Assembly (NCBI GenBank): GCA_964016885.1
Contig: OZ024748.1
Location: forward strand, 40,114,001 to 40,178,000
Direction: 5' to 3'
Length of the DNA stretch: 64,000 nucleotides
From: Eledone cirrhosa
Lineage: Eukaryota
The position numbers and the translations under genes were made by a program. Below are positions 38,401-54,379 of the stretch, piece after piece; the first letter of the stretch is position 1; each line of letters starts with the position of its first letter. Below the pieces are notes generated by a model. The model was not told the DNA's origin. It did no database searches and saw nothing but the letters and a program-made list of their open reading frames with translations.

Positions 38401-41400
38401 GGAACCACTGTAGACCAACAACACTGTCAACAAAAGTCTCAGTCAAGATATCTGTAAAAAGACACTGGGAACCACTGTAAACCAACAACACTGTCAACAA
38501 AAGTCTCAGTCAAGGTATCTGTAAAAAGCCACTGGGAACCACTGTAGACTAACAACACTGTCAACAAAAGTCTCAGTCAAGATATCTGTAAAAAGACACT
38601 GGGAACCACTGTGGACTAACAACACTGTCAACAAAAGTCTCAGTCAAGATATCTGTAAAAAGACACTGGGAACCACTGTAGACTAACAACACTGTCAACA
38701 AAAGCCTTAGTCAAGATAACTGTAAAAAGACACTGGGAACCACTGTAGACTAACAACACTGTCAACAAAAGCCTTAGTCAAGATAACTGTAAAAAGACAC
38801 TGGGAACCACTGTAGACTAACAACACTGTCAACAAAAGTCTCAGTCAAGGTATCTGTAAAAAGCCACTGGGAATCACTGTAGACTAACAACACTGTCAAC
38901 AAAAGCCTTAGTCAAGATAACTGTAAAAAGACACTGGGAACCACTGTAGACTAACAACACTGTCAACAAAAGCCTTAGTCAAGATAACTGTAAAAAGACA
39001 CTGGGAACCACTGTGGACTAACAACACTGTCAACAAAAGTCTCAGTCAAGGTATCTGTAAAAAGACACTGGGAACCACTGTAGACTAACAACACTGTCAA
39101 CAAAAGCCTTAGTCAAGATAACTGTAAAAAGACACTGGGAACCACTGTGGACTAACAACACTGTCAACAAAAGTCTCAGTCAAGCTATCTGTAAAAAGAC
39201 ACTGGGAACCACTGTAGACCAACAACACTGTCAACAAAAGTCTCAGTCAAGGTATCTGTAAAAAGACACTGGGAACCACTGTAGACCAACAACACTGTCA
39301 ACAAAAGTCTCAGTCAAGGTATCTGTAAAAAGACACTGGGAACCACTTTAGACCAACAACACTGTCAACAAAAGTTTCAGTCAAGCTATATGTAAAAAGA
39401 CACTGGGAACCACTGTAGACCAACAACACTGTCAACAAAAGTCTCAGTCAAGGTATCTGTAAAAAGACACTGGGAACCACTGTGGACTAACAACACTGTC
39501 AACAAAAGTCTCAGTCAAGCTATCTGTAAAAAGACACTGGGAACCACTGTAGACCAACAACACTGTCAACAAAAGTCTCAGTCAAGATATATGTAAAAAG
39601 ACACTGGGAACCACTGTAGACCAACAACACTGTCAACAAAAGTCTCAGTCAAGGTATCTGTAAAAAGACACTGGGAACCACTGTGGACTAACAACACTGT
39701 CAACAAAAGCCTTAGTCAAGATAACTGTAAAAAGACACTGGGAACCACTGTGGACTAACAACACTGTCAACAAAAGTCTCAGTCAAGGTATCTGTAAAAA
39801 GACACTGGGAACCACTGTAGACCAACAAGACTGTCAACAAAAGTCTCAGTCAAGATATCTGTAAAAAGACACTGGGAACCACTGTAGACCAACAACACTG
39901 TCAACAAAAGTCTCAGTCAAGGTATCTGTAAAAAGACACTGGGAACCACTGTGGACTAACAACACTGTCAACAAAAGCCTTAGTCAAGATAACTGTAAAA
40001 AGACACTGGGAACCACTGTGGACTAACAACACTGTCAACAAAAGTCTCAGTCAAGGTATCTGTAAAAAGAGACTGGGAACCACTGTAGACTAACAACACT
40101 GTCAACAAAAGTCTCAGTCAAGATATCTGTAAAAAGACACTGGGAACCACTGTAGACCAACAACACTGTCAACAAAAGTCTCAGTCAAGGTATCTGTAAA
40201 AAGACACTGGGAACCACTGTAGACTAACAACACTGTCAACAAAAGCCTCAGTCAAGATATCTGTAAAAAGACACTGGGAACCACTGTAGACCAACAACAC
40301 TGTCAACAAAAGTCTCAGTCAAGGTATCTGTAAAAAGACACTGGGAACCACTGTAGACTAACAACACTGTCAACAAAAGCCTCAGTCAAGATATCTGTAA
40401 AAAGACACTGGGAACCACTGTAGACCAACAACACTGTCAACAAAAGTCTCAGTCAAGGTATCTGTAAAAAGCCACTGGCAACCACTGTAGACCAACAACA
40501 CTGTCAACAAAAGTCTCAGTCAAGGTATCTGTAAAAAGACACTGGGAACCACTGTAGACCAACAACACTGTCAACAAAAGTCTCAGTCAAGATGTCTGTA
40601 AAAAGACACTGGGAACCACTGTAGACCAACAACACTGTCAACAAAAGTCTCAGTCAAGGTATCTGTAAAAAGACACTGGGAACCACTGTAAACCAACAAC
40701 ACTGTCAACAAAAGTCTCAGTCAAGGTATCTGTAAAAAGCCACTGGGAACCACTGTAGACTAACAACACTGTCAACAAAAGTCTCAGTCAAGATATCTGT
40801 AAAAAGACACTGGGAACCACTGTGGACTAACAACACTGTCAACAAAAGTCTCAGTCAAGATATCAGTAAAAAGACACTGGGAACCACTGTAGACTAACAA
40901 CACTGTCAACAAAAGCCTTAGTCAAGATAACTGTAAAAAGACACTGGGAACCACTGTAGACTAACAACACTGTCAACAAAAGCCTTAGTCAAGATAACTG
41001 TAAAAAGACACTGGGAACCACTGTAGACTAACAACACTGTCAACAAAAGTCTCAGTCAAGGTATCTGTAAAAAGACACTCGGAACCACTGTAGACTAACA
41101 ACACTGTCAACAAAAGCCTTAGTCAAGATAACTGTAAAAAGACACTGGGAACCACTGTGGACTAACAACACTGTCAACAAAAGTCTCAGTCAAGCTATCT
41201 GTAAAAAGACACTGGGAACCACTGTAGACCAACAACACTGTCAACAAAAGTCTCAGTCAAGGTATCTGTAAAAAGACACTGGGAACCACTGTAAACCAAC
41301 AACACTGTCAACAAAAGTCTCAGTCAAGGTATCTGTAAAAAGAGACTGGGAACCACTGTAGACTAACAACACTGTCAACAAAAGTCTCAGTCAAGATATC

Positions 41401-44400
41401 TGTAAAAAGACACTGGGAACCACTGTAGACCAACAACACTGTCAACAAAAGTCTCAGTCAAGGTATCTGTAAAAAGACACTGGGAACCACTGTAGACTAA
41501 CAACACTGTCAACAAAAGCCTCAGTCAAGATATCTGTAAAAAGACACTGGGAACCACTGTAGACCAACAACACTGTCAACAAAAGTCTCAGTCAAGGTAT
41601 CTGTAAAAAGACACTGGGAACCACTGTAGACTAACAACACTGTCAACAAAAGCCTCAGTCAAGATATCTGTAAAAAGACACTGGGAACCACTGTAGACCA
41701 ACAACACTGTCAACAAAAGTCTCAGTCAAGGTATCTGTAAAAAGCCACTGGCAACCACTGTAGACCAACAACACTGTCAACAAAAGTCTCAGTCAAGGTA
41801 TCTGTAAAAAGACACTGGGAACCACTGTAGACCAACAACACTGTCAACAAAAGTCTCAGTCAAGATGTCTGTAAAAAGACACTGGGAACCACTGTAGACC
41901 AACAACACTGTCAACAAAAGTCTCAGTCAAGGTATCTGTAAAAAGACACTGGGAACCACTGTAAACCAACAACACTGTCAACAAAAGTCTCAGTCAAGGT
42001 ATCTGTAAAAAGCCACTGGGAACCACTGTAGACTAACAACACTGTCAACAAAAGTCTCAGTCAAGATATCTGTAAAAAGACACAGGGAACCACTGTGGAC
42101 TAACAACACTGTCAACAAAAGTCTCAGTCAAGATATCAGTAAAAAGACACTGGGAACCACTGTAGACTAACAACACTGTCAACAAAAGCCTTAGTCAAGA
42201 TAACTGTAAAAAGACACTGGGAACCACTGTAGACTAACAACACTGTCAACAAAAGCCTTAGTCAAGATAACTGTAAAAAGACACTGGGAACCACTGTAGA
42301 CTAACAACACTGTCAACAAAAGTCTCAGTCAAGGTATCTGTAAAAAGACACTCGGAACCACTGTAGACTAACAACACTGTCAACAAAAGCCTTAGTCAAG
42401 ATAACTGTAAAAAGACACTGGGAACCACTGTGGACTAACAACACTGTCAACAAAAGTCTCAGTCAAGCTATCTGTAAAAAGACACTGGGAACCACTGTAG
42501 ACCAACAACACTGTCAACAAAAGTCTCAGTCAAGGTATCTGTAAAAAGACACTGGGAACCACTGTAGACCAACAACACTGTCAACAAAAGTCTCAGTCAA
42601 GGTATCTCTAAAAAGACACTGGGAACCACTGTAGACCAACAACACTGTCAACAAAAGTTTCAGTCAAGCTATATGTAAAAAGACACTGGGAACCACTGTA
42701 GACCAACAACACTGTCAACAAAAGTCTCAGTCAAGGTATCTGTAAAAAGACACTGGGAACCACTGTGGACTAACAACACTGTCAACAAAAGTCTCAGTCA
42801 AGCTATCTGTAAAAAGACACTGGGAACCACTGTAGACCAACAACACTGTCAACAAAAGTCTCAGTCAAGATATCTGTAAAAAGACACTGGGAACCACTGT
42901 AGACCAACAACACTGTCAACAAAAGTCTCAGTCAAGATATCTGTAAAAAGACACTGGGAACCACTGTAGACCAACAACACTGTCAACAAAAGTCTCAGTC
43001 AAGGTATCTGTAAAAAGACACTGGGAACCACTGTGGACTAACAACACTGTCAACAAAAGCCTTAGTCAAGATAACTGTAAAAAGACACTGGGAACCACTG
43101 TGGACTAACAACACTGTCAACAAAAGTCTCAGTCAAGGTATCTGTAAAAAGAGACTGGGAACCACTGTAGACTAACAACACTGTCAACAAAAGTCTCAGT
43201 CAAGATATCTGTAAAAAGACACTGGGAACCACTGTAGACCAACAACACTGTCAACAAAAGTCTCAGTCAAGGTATCTGTAAAAAGACACTGGGAACCACT
43301 GTAGACTAACAACACTGTCAACAAAAGCCTCAGTCAAGATATCTGTAAAAAGACACTGGGAACCACTGTAGACCAACAACACTGTCAACAAAAGTCTCAG
43401 TCAAGGTATCTGTAAAAAGACACTGGGAACCACTGTAGACTAACAACACTGTCAACAAAAGCCTCAGTCAAGATATCTGTAAAAAGACACTGGGAACCAC
43501 TGTAGACCAACAACACTGTCAACAAAAGTCTCAGACAAGGTATCTGTAAAAAGCCACTGGGAACCACTGTAGACCAACAACACTGTCAACAAAAGTCTCA
43601 GTCAAGGTATCTGTAAAAAGACACTGGGAACCACTGTAGACCAACAACACTGTCAACAAAAGTCTCAGTCAAGATGTCTGTAAAAAGACACTGGGAACCA
43701 CTGTAGACCAACAACACTGTCAACAAAAGTCTCAGTCAAGGTATCTGTAAAAAGACACTGGGAACCACTGTAAACCAACAACACTGTCAACAAAAGTCTC
43801 AGTCAAGGTATCTGTAAAAAGCCACTGGGAACCACTGTAGACTAACAACACTGTCAACAAAAGTCTCAGTCAAGATATATGTAAAAAGACACTGGGAACC
43901 ACTGTAGACCAACAACACTGTCAACAAAAGTCTCAGTCAAGCTATCTGTAAAAAGACACTGGGAACCACTGTAGACCAACAACACTGTCAACAAAAGTCT
44001 CAGTCAAGATATATGTAAAAAGACACTGGGAACCACTGTAGACCAACAACACTGTCAACAAAAGTCTCAGTCAAGGTATCTGTAAAAAGACACTGGGAAC
44101 CACTGTGGACTAACAACACTGTCAACAAAAGCCTTAGTCAAGATAACTGTAAAAAGACACTGGGAACCACTGTGGACTAACAACACTGTCAACAAAAGTC
44201 TCAGTCAAGGTATCTGTAAAAAGACACTGGGAACCACTGTAGACCAACAACACTGTCAACAAAAGTCTCAGTCAAGGTATCTGTAAAAAGACACTGGGAA
44301 CCACTGTGGACTAACAACACTGTCAACAAAAGCCTTAGTCAAGATAACTGTAAAAAGACACTGGGAACCACTGTGGACTAACAACACTGTCAACAAAAGT

Positions 44401-47400
44401 CTCAGTCAAGGTATCTGTAAAAAGAGACTGGGAACCACTGTAGACTAACAACACTGTCAACAAAAGTCTCAGTCAAGATATCTGTAAAAAGACACTGGGA
44501 ACCACTGTAGACCAACAACACTGTCAACAAAAGTCTCAGTCAAGGTATCTGTAAAAAGACACTGGGAACCACTGTAGACTAACAACACTGTCAACAAAAG
44601 CCTCAGTCAAGATATCTGTAAAAAGACACTGGGAACCACTGTAGACCAACAACACTGTCAACAAAAGTCTCAGTCAAGGTATCTGTAAAAAGACACTGGG
44701 AACCACTGTAGACTAACAACACTGTCAACAAAAGCCTCAGTCAAGATATCTGTAAAAAGACACTGGGAACCACTGTAGACCAACAACACTGTCAACAAAA
44801 GTCTCAGTCAAGGTATCTGTAAAAAGCCACTGGCAACCACTGTAGACCAACAACACTGTCAACAAAAGTCTCAGTCAAGGTATCTGTAAAAAGACACTGG
44901 GAACCACTGTAGACCAACAACACTGTCAACAAAAGTCTCAGTCAAGATGTCTGTAAAAAGACACTGGGAACCACTGTAGACCAACAACACTGTCAACAAA
45001 AGTCTCAGTCAAGGTATCTGTAAAAAGACACTGGGAACCACTGTAAACCAACAACACTGTCAACAAAAGTCTCAGTCAAGGTATCTGTAAAAAGCCACTG
45101 GGAACCACTGTAGACTAACAACACTGTCAACAAAAGTCTCAGTCAAGATATCTGTAAAAAGACACTGGGAACCACTGTGGACTAACAACACTGTCAACAA
45201 AAGTCTCAGTCAAGATATCAGTAAAAAGACACTGGGAACCACTGTAGACTAACAACACTGTCAACAAAAGCCTTAGTCAAGATAACTGTAAAAAGACACT
45301 GGGAACCACTGTAGACTAACAACACTGTCAACAAAAGCCTTAGTCAAGATAACTGTAAAAAGACACTGGGAACCACTGTAGACTAACAACACTGTCAACA
45401 AAAGTCTCAGTCAAGGTATCTGTAAAAAGACACTCGGAACCACTGTAGACTAACAACACTGTCAACAAAAGCCTTAGTCAAGATAACTGTAAAAAGACAC
45501 TGGGAACCACTGTGGACTAACAACACTGTCAACAAAAGTCTCAGTCAAGCTATCTGTAAAAAGACACTGGGAACCACTGTAGACCAACAACACTGTCAAC
45601 AAAAGTCTCAGTCAAGGTATCTGTAAAAAGACACTGGGAACCACTGTAAACCAACAACACTGTCAACAAAAGTCTCAGTCAAGGTATCTGTAAAAAGAGA
45701 CTGGGAACCACTGTAGACTAACAACACTGTCAACAAAAGTCTCAGTCAAGATATCTGTAAAAAGACACTGGGAACCACTGTAGACCAACAACACTGTCAA
45801 CAAAAGTCTCAGTCAAGGTATCTGTAAAAAGACACTGGGAACCACTGTAGACTAACAACACTGTCAACAAAAGCCTCAGTCAAGATATCTGTAAAAAGAC
45901 ACTGGGAACCACTGTAGACCAACAACACTGTCAACAAAAGTCTCAGTCAAGGTATCTGTAAAAAGACACTGGGAACCACTGTAGACTAACAACACTGTCA
46001 ACAAAAGCCTCAGTCAAGATATCTGTAAAAAGACACTGGGAACCACTGTAGACCAACAACACTGTCAACAAAAGTCTCAGTCAAGGTATCTGTAAAAAGC
46101 CACTGGCAACCACTGTAGACCAACAACACTGTCAACAAAAGTCTCAGTCAAGGTATCTGTAAAAAGACACTGGGAACCACTGTAGACCAACAACACTGTC
46201 AACAAAAGTCTCAGTCAAGATGTCTGTAAAAAGACACTGGGAACCACTGTAGACCAACAACACTGTCAACAAAAGTCTCAGTCAAGGTATCTGTAAAAAG
46301 ACACTGGGAACCACTGTAAACCAACAACACTGTCAACAAAAGTCTCAGTCAAGGTATCTGTAAAAAGCCACTGGGAACCACTGTAGACTAACAACACTGT
46401 CAACAAAAGTCTCAGTCAAGATATCTGTAAAAAGACACAGGGACCCACTGTGGACTAACAACACTGTCAACAAAAGTCTCAGTCAAGATATCAGTAAAAA
46501 GACACTGGGAACCACTGTAGACTAACAACACTGTCAACAAAAGCCTTAGTCAAGATAACTGTAAAAAGACACTGGGAACCACTGTAGACTAACAACACTG
46601 TCAACAAAAGCCTTAGTCAAGATAACTGTAAAAAGACACTGGGAACCACTGTAGACTAACAACACTGTCAACAAAAGTCTCAGTCAAGGTATCTGTAAAA
46701 AGACACTCGGAACCACTGTAGACTAACAACACTGTCAACAAAAGCCTTAGTCAAGATAACTGTAAAAAGACACTGGGAACCACTGTGGACTAACAACACT
46801 GTCAACAAAAGTCTCAGTCAAGCTATCTGTAAAAAGACACTGGGAACCACTGTAGACCAACAACACTGTCAACAAAAGTCTCAGTCAAGGTATCTGTAAA
46901 AAGACACTGGGAACCACTGTAGACCAACAACACTGTCAACAAAAGTCTCAGTCAAGGTATCTCTAAAAAGACACTGGGAACCACTGTAGACCAACAACAC
47001 TGTCAACAAAAGTTTCAGTCAAGCTATATGTAAAAAGACACTGGGAACCACTGTAGACCAACAACACTGTCAACAAAAGTCTCAGTCAAGGTATCTGTAA
47101 AAAGACACTGGGAACCACTGTGGACTAACAACACTGTCAACAAAAGTCTCAGTCAAGCTATCTGTAAAAAGACACTGGGAACCACTGTAGACCAACAACA
47201 CTGTCAACAAAAGTCTCAGTCAAGATATCTGTAAAAAGACACTGGGAACCACTGTAGACCAACAACACTGTCAACAAAAGTCTCAGTCAAGATATCTGTA
47301 AAAAGACACTGGGAACCACTGTAGACCAACAACACTGTCAACAAAAGTCTCAGTCAAGGTATCTGTAAAAAGACACTGGGAACCACTGTGGACTAACAAC

Positions 47401-50400
47401 ACTGTCAACAAAAGCCTTAGTCAAGATAACTGTAAAAAGACACTGGGAACCACTGTGGACTAACAACACTGTCAACAAAAGTCTCAGTCAAGGTATCTGT
47501 AAAAAGAGACTGGGAACCACTGTAGACTAACAACACTGTCAACAAAAGTCTCAGTCAAGATATCTGTAAAAAGACACTGGGAACCACTGTAGACCAACAA
47601 CACTGTCAACAAAAGTCTCAGTCAAGGTATCTGTAAAAAGACACTGGGAACCACTGTAGACTAACAACACTGTCAACAAAAGCCTCAGTCAAGATATCTG
47701 TAAAAAGACACTGGGAACCACTGTAGACCAACAACACTGTCAACAAAAGTCTCAGTCAAGGTATCTGTAAAAAGACACTGGGAACCACTGTAGACTAACA
47801 ACACTGTCAACAAAAGCCTCAGTCAAGATATCTGTAAAAAGACACTGGGAACCACTGTAGACCAACAACACTGTCAACAAAAGTCTCAGACAAGGTATCT
47901 GTAAAAAGCCACTGGGAACCACTGTAGACCAACAACACTGTCAACAAAAGTCTCAGTCAAGGTATCTGTAAAAAGACACTGGGAACCACTGTAGACCAAC
48001 AACACTGTCAACAAAAGTCTCAGTCAAGATGTCTGTAAAAAGACACTGGGAACCACTGTAGACCAACAACACTGTCAACAAAAGTCTCAGTCAAGGTATC
48101 TGTAAAAAGACACTGGGAACCACTGTAAACCAACAACACTGTCAACAAAAGTCTCAGTCAAGGTATCTGTAAAAAGCCACTGGGAACCACTGTAGACTAA
48201 CAACACTGTCAACAAAAGTCTCAGTCAAGATATCTGTAAAAAGACACTGGGAACCACTGTGGACTAACAACACTGTCAACAAAAGTCTCAGTCAAGATAT
48301 CTGTAAAAAGACACTGGGAACCACTGTAGACTAACAACACTGTCAACAAAAGCCTTAGTCAAGATAACTGTAAAAAGACACTGGGAACCACTGTAGACTA
48401 ACAACACTGTCAACAAAAGCCTTAGTCAAGATAACTGTAAAAAGCCACTGGGAACCACTGTAGACTAACAACACTCTCAAAAAAAGTCTCAGTCAAGATA
48501 TCTGTAAAAAGACACTGGGAACCACTGTGGACTAACAACACTGTCAACAAAAGTCTCAGTCAAGTTATCTGTAAAAAGACACTGGGAACCACTGTAGACT
48601 AACAACACTGTCAACAAAAGTCTCAGTCAAGATATCTGTAAAAAGACACTGGGAACCACTGTAGACTAACAACACTGTCAACAAAAGTCTCAGTCAAGGT
48701 ATCTGTAAAAAGACACTGGGAACCACTGTAGACTAACAACAGTCAAGAAAAGTCTCAGTCAAGATATCTGTAAAAAGCCACTGGGAACCACTGTAGACTA
48801 ACAACAGTCAAGAAAAGTCTCAGTCAAGGTATCTGTAAAAAGAGACTGGGAACCACTGTAGACTAACAGCACTGTCAACAAAAGTCTCAGTCAAGATATC
48901 TGTAAAAAGACACTGGGAACCACTGTAGACCAACAACACTGTCAACAAAAGTCTCAGTCAAGGTATCTGTAAAAAGACACTGGGAACCACTGTAGACTAA
49001 CAACACTGTCAACAAAAGCCTCAGTCAAGATATCTGTAAAAAGACACTGGGAACCACTGTAGACCAACAACACTGTCAACAAAAGTCTCAGTCAAGGTAT
49101 CTGTAAAAAGACACTGGGAACCACTGTAGACCAACAACACTGTCAACAAAAGTCTCAGTCAAGGTATCTGTAAAAAGACACTGGGAACCACTGTGGACTA
49201 ACAACACTGTCAACAAAAGTCTCAGTCAAGGTATCTGTAAAAAGACACTGGGAACCACTGTAGACTAACAACACTGTCAACAAAAGCCTTAGTCAAGATA
49301 ACTGTAAAAAGACACTGGGAACCACTGTGGACTAACAACACTGTCAACAAAAGTCTCAGTCAAGCTATCTGTAAAAAGACACTGGGAACCACTGTAGACC
49401 AACAACACTGTCAACAAAAGTCACAGTCAAGGTATCTGTAAAAAGACACTGGGAACCACTGTAGACCAACAACACTGTCAACAAAAGTCTCAGTCAAGGT
49501 ATCTGTAAAAAGACACTGGGAACCACTGTAGACCAACAACACTGTCAACAAAAGTCTCAGTCAAGCTATCTGTAAAAAGACACTGGGAACCACTGTAGAC
49601 CAACAACACTGTCAACAAAAGTCTCAGTCAAGGTATCTGTAAAAAGACACTGGGAACCACTGTAGACCAACAACACTGTCAACAAAAGTCTCAGTCAAGA
49701 TATCTGTAAAAAGACACTGGGAACCACTGTAGACCAACAACACTGTCAACGAAAGTCTCAGTCAAGGTATCTGTAAAAAGACACTGGGAACCACTGTGGA
49801 CTAACAACACTGTCAACAAAAGCCTTAGTCAAGATAACTGTAAAAAGACACTGGGAACCACTGTGGACTAACAACACTGTCAACAAAAGTCTCAGTCAAG
49901 GTATCTGTAAAAAGCCACTGGGAATCACTGTAGACTAACAACACTGTCAACAAAAGTCTCAGTCAAGGTATCTGTAAAAAGAGACTGGGAACCACTGTAG
50001 ACTAACAACACTGTCAACAAAAGTCTCAGTCAAGGTATCTGTAAAAAGACACTGGGAACCACTGTAGACCAACAACACTGTCAACAAAAGTCTCAGTCAA
50101 GGTATCTGTAAAAAGACACTGGGAACCACTGTGGACTAACAACACTGTCAACAAAAGTCTCAGTCAAGCTATCTGTAAAAAGACACTGGGAACCACTGTG
50201 GACTAACAACACTGTCAACAAAAGTCTCAGTCAAGGTATCTGTAAAAAGACACTGGGAACCACTGTAGACCAACAACACTGTCAACAAAAGTCTCAGTCA
50301 AGGTATCTGTAAAAAGACACTGGGAACCACTGTAGACCAACAACACTGTGAACAAAAGTCTCAGTCAAGGTATCTGTAAAAAGCCACTGGGAACCACTGT

Positions 50401-53400
50401 AGACTAACAACACTGTCAACAAAAGCCTTAGTCAAGATAACTGTAAAAAGACACTGGGAACCACTGTGGACTAACAACACTGTCAACAAAAGTCTCAGTC
50501 AAGCTATCTGTAAAAAGACACTGGGAACCACTGTAGACCAACAACACTATCAACAAAAGTCTCAGTCAAGGTATCTGTAAAAAGACACTGGGAACCACTG
50601 TAGACCAACAACACTGTCAACAAAAGTCTCAGTCAAGGTATCTGTAAAAAGACACTGGGAACCACTGTGGACTAACAACACTGTCAACAAAAGTCTCAGT
50701 CAAGATATCTGTAAAAAGACACTGGGAACCACTGTGGACTAACAACACTGTCAACAAAAGTCTCAGTCAAGATATCTGTAAAAAGACACTGGGAACCACT
50801 GTGGACTAACAACACTGTCAACAAAAGTCTCAGTCAAGATATCTGTAAAAAGACACTGGGAACCACTGTGGACTAACAACACTGTCAACAAAAGTCTCAG
50901 TCAAGGTATCTGTAAAAAGACACTGGGAACCACTGTAGACTAACAACACTGTCAACAAAAGCCTTAGTCAAGATAACTGTAAAAAGACACTGGGAACCAC
51001 TGTGGACTAACAACACTGTCAACAAAAGTCTCAGTCAAGCTATCTGTAAAAAGACACTGGGAACCACTGTAGACCAACAACACTGTCAACAAAAGTCTCA
51101 GTCAAGGTATCTGTAAAAAGACACTGGGAACCACTGTAGACCAACAACACTGTCAACAAAAGTCTCAGTCAAGGTATCTGTAAAAAGACACTGGGAACCA
51201 CTGTAGACCAACAACACTGTCAACAAAAGTCTCAGTCAAGCTATCTGTAAAAAGACACTGGGAACCACTGTAGACCAACAACACTGTCAACAAAAGTCTC
51301 AGTCAAGGTATCTGTAAAAAGACACTGGGAACGACTGTGGACTAACAACACTGTCAACAAAAGTCTCAGTCAAGCTATCTGTAAAAAGACACTGGGAACC
51401 ACTGTAGACCAACAACACTGTCAACAAAAGTCTCGGTCAAGGTATCTGTAAAAAGACACTGGGAACCACTGTAGACCAACAACACTGTCAACAAAAGTCT
51501 CAGTCAAGGTATCTGTAAAAAGACACTGGGAACCACTGTGGACTAACAACACTGTCAACAAAAGCCTTAGTCAAGATAACTGTAAAAAGACACTGGGAAC
51601 CACTGTGGACTAACAACACTGTCAAGGTATCTGTAAAAAGCCACTGGGAATCACTGTAGACTAACAACACTGTCAACAAAAGTCTCAGTCAAGGTATCTG
51701 TAAAAAGAGACTGGGAACCACTGTAGACTAACAACACTGTCAACAAAAGTCTCAGTCAAGGTATCTGTAAAAAGAGACTGGGAACCACTGTAGACTAACA
51801 ACACTGTCAACAAAAGTCTCAGTCAAGGTATCTGTAAAAAGAGACTGGGAACCACTGTAGACTAACAACACTGTCAACAAAAGTCTCAGTCAAGGTATCT
51901 GTAAAAAGACACTGGGAACCACTGTGGACTAACAACACTGTCAACAAAAGTCTCAGTCAAGGTATCTGTAAAAAGACACTGGGAACCACTGTGGACTAAC
52001 AACACTGTCAACAAAAGTCTCAGTCAAGATATCTGTAAAAAGACACTGGGAACCACTGTGGACTAACAACACTGTCAACAAAAGGCTCAGTCAAGCTATC
52101 TGTAAAAAGACACTGGGAACCACTGTGGACTAACAACACTGTCAACAAAAGGCTCAGGCAAGGTATCTGTAAAAAGACACTGGGAACCACTGTGGACTAA
52201 CAACACTGTCAACAAAAGTCTCAGTCAAGGTATCTGTAAAAAGACACTGGGAACCACTGTGGACTAACAACACTGTCAACAAAAGTCTCAGTCAAGGTAT
52301 CTGTAAAAAGACACTGGGAACCACTGTGGACTAACAACACTGTCAACAAAAGTCTCAGTCAAGATATCTGTAAAAAGACACTGGGAACCACTGTGGACTA
52401 ACAACACTGTCAACAAAAGTCTCAGTCAAGGTATCTGTAAAAAGACACTGGGAACCACTGTGGACTAACAACACTGTCAACAAAAGTCTCAGTCAAGGTA
52501 TCTGTAAAAAGACACTGGGAACCACTGTAGACCAACAACACTGTCAACAAAAGTCTCAGTCAAGCTATCTGTAAAAAGACACTGGGAACCACTGTATACT
52601 AACAACACTGTCAACAAAAGCCTTAGTCAAGATAACTGTAAAAAGACACTGGGAACCACTGTGGACTAACAACACTGTCAACAAAAGTCTCAGTCAAGCT
52701 ATCTGTAAAAAGACACTGGGAACCACTGTAGACCAACAACACTGTCAACAAAAGTCTCGGTCAAGGTATCTGTAAAAAGACACTGGGAACCACTGTAGAC
52801 CAACAACACTGTCAACAAAAGTCTCAGTCAAGGTATCTGTAAAAAGACACTGGGAACCACTGTGGACTAACAACACTGTCAACAAAAGCCTTAGTCAAGA
52901 TAACTGTAAAAAGACACTGGGAACCACTGTGGACTAACAACACTGTCAACAAAAGTCTCAGTCAAGGTATCTGTAAAAAGCCACTGGGAATCACTGTAGA
53001 CTAACAACACTGTCAACAAAAGTCTCAGTCAAGGTATCTGTAAAAAGAGACTGGGAACCACTGTAGACTAACAACACTGTCAACAAAAGTCTCAGTCAAG
53101 GTATCTGTAAAAAGAGACTGGGAACCACTGTAGACTAACAACACTGTCAACAAAAGTCTCAGTCAAGGTATCTGTAAAAAGACACTGGGAACCACTGTGG
53201 ACTAACAACACTGTCAACAAAAGTCTCAGTCAAGGTATCTGTAAAAAGACACTGGGAACCACTGTGGACTAACAACACTGTCATCAAAAGTCTCAGTCAA
53301 GGTATCTGTAAAAAGACACTGGGAACCACTGTGGACTAACAACACTGTCAACAAAAGTCTCAGTCAAGATATCTGTAAAAAGACACTGGGAACCACTGTG

Positions 53401-54092
53401 GACTAACAACACTGTCAACAAAAGCCTTAGTCAAGATAACTGTAAAAAGACACTGGGAACCACTGTGGACTAACAACACTGTCAACAAAAGTCTCAGTCA
53501 AGGTATCTGTAAAAAGCCACTGGGAATCACTGTAGACTAACAACACTGTCAACAAAAGTCTCAGTCAAGGTATCTGTAAAAAGAGACTGGGAACCACTGT
53601 AGACTAACAACACTGTCAACAAAAGTCTCAGTCAAGGTATCTGTAAAAAGAGACTGGGAACCACTGTAGACTAACAACACTGTCAACAAAAGTCTCAGTC
53701 AAGGTATCTGTAAAAAGACACTGGGAACCACTGTGGACTAACAACACTGTCAACAAAAGTCTCAGTCAAGGTATCTGTAAAAAGACACTGGGAACCACTG
53801 TGGACTAACAACACTGTCAACAAAAGTCTCAGTCAAGAAATCTGTAAAAAGACACTGGGAACCACTGTGGACTAACAACACTGTCAACAAAAGTCTCAGT
53901 CAAGATATCTGTAAAAAGACACTGGGAACCACTGTGGACTAACAACACTGTCAACAAAAGGCTCAGGCAAGGTATCTGTAAAAAGACACTGGGAACCACT
54001 GTGGACTAACAACACTGTCAACAAAAGTCTCAGTCAAGGTATCTGTAAAAAGACACTGGGAACCACTGTGGACTAACAACACTGTCAACAAC
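35500..54092. repeat. 67-bp satellite array of about 18.6 kb (about 277 units), entirely inside one STAT intron
   Basis: Unit GTCTCAGTCAAGGTATCTGTAAAAAGACACTGGGAACCACTGTAGACCAACAACACTGTCAACAAAA. Period checked (36111 to 36178). Confidence 0.98.
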
Positions 54093-54379
54093 AACTTGTA
54101 AATATTTTGTTTCACAGTAGAGGTCAACATTATTTTCTGTGGTGTGTGACCAGAAAAGAAGTAACATAGTATAGGTATCAAATAGAAGTCAACAGCAACT
54201 GGCAACCCATTGATGGATATCTCTGATTACAGAAATTCCAGTAACTGGCTCAATCAAGTGGGAGCAGATGGCTGAGCATAAAGAAAGGAAAGGTTAGAGT
54301 AATTGTGGGAGAGATGACAGCTGGGTGGATGGAAGACCAGAAGGACAATAAAGGGTCACATAGGCTCCTTCATACTTAC

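Noticed and set aside
35500-54092. CRISPR-like regularly spaced repeats
   Set aside because: The units are contiguous with no unique spacers, there are no cas genes, and the context is eukaryotic. The same applies to the 40-, 48- and 54-bp arrays.
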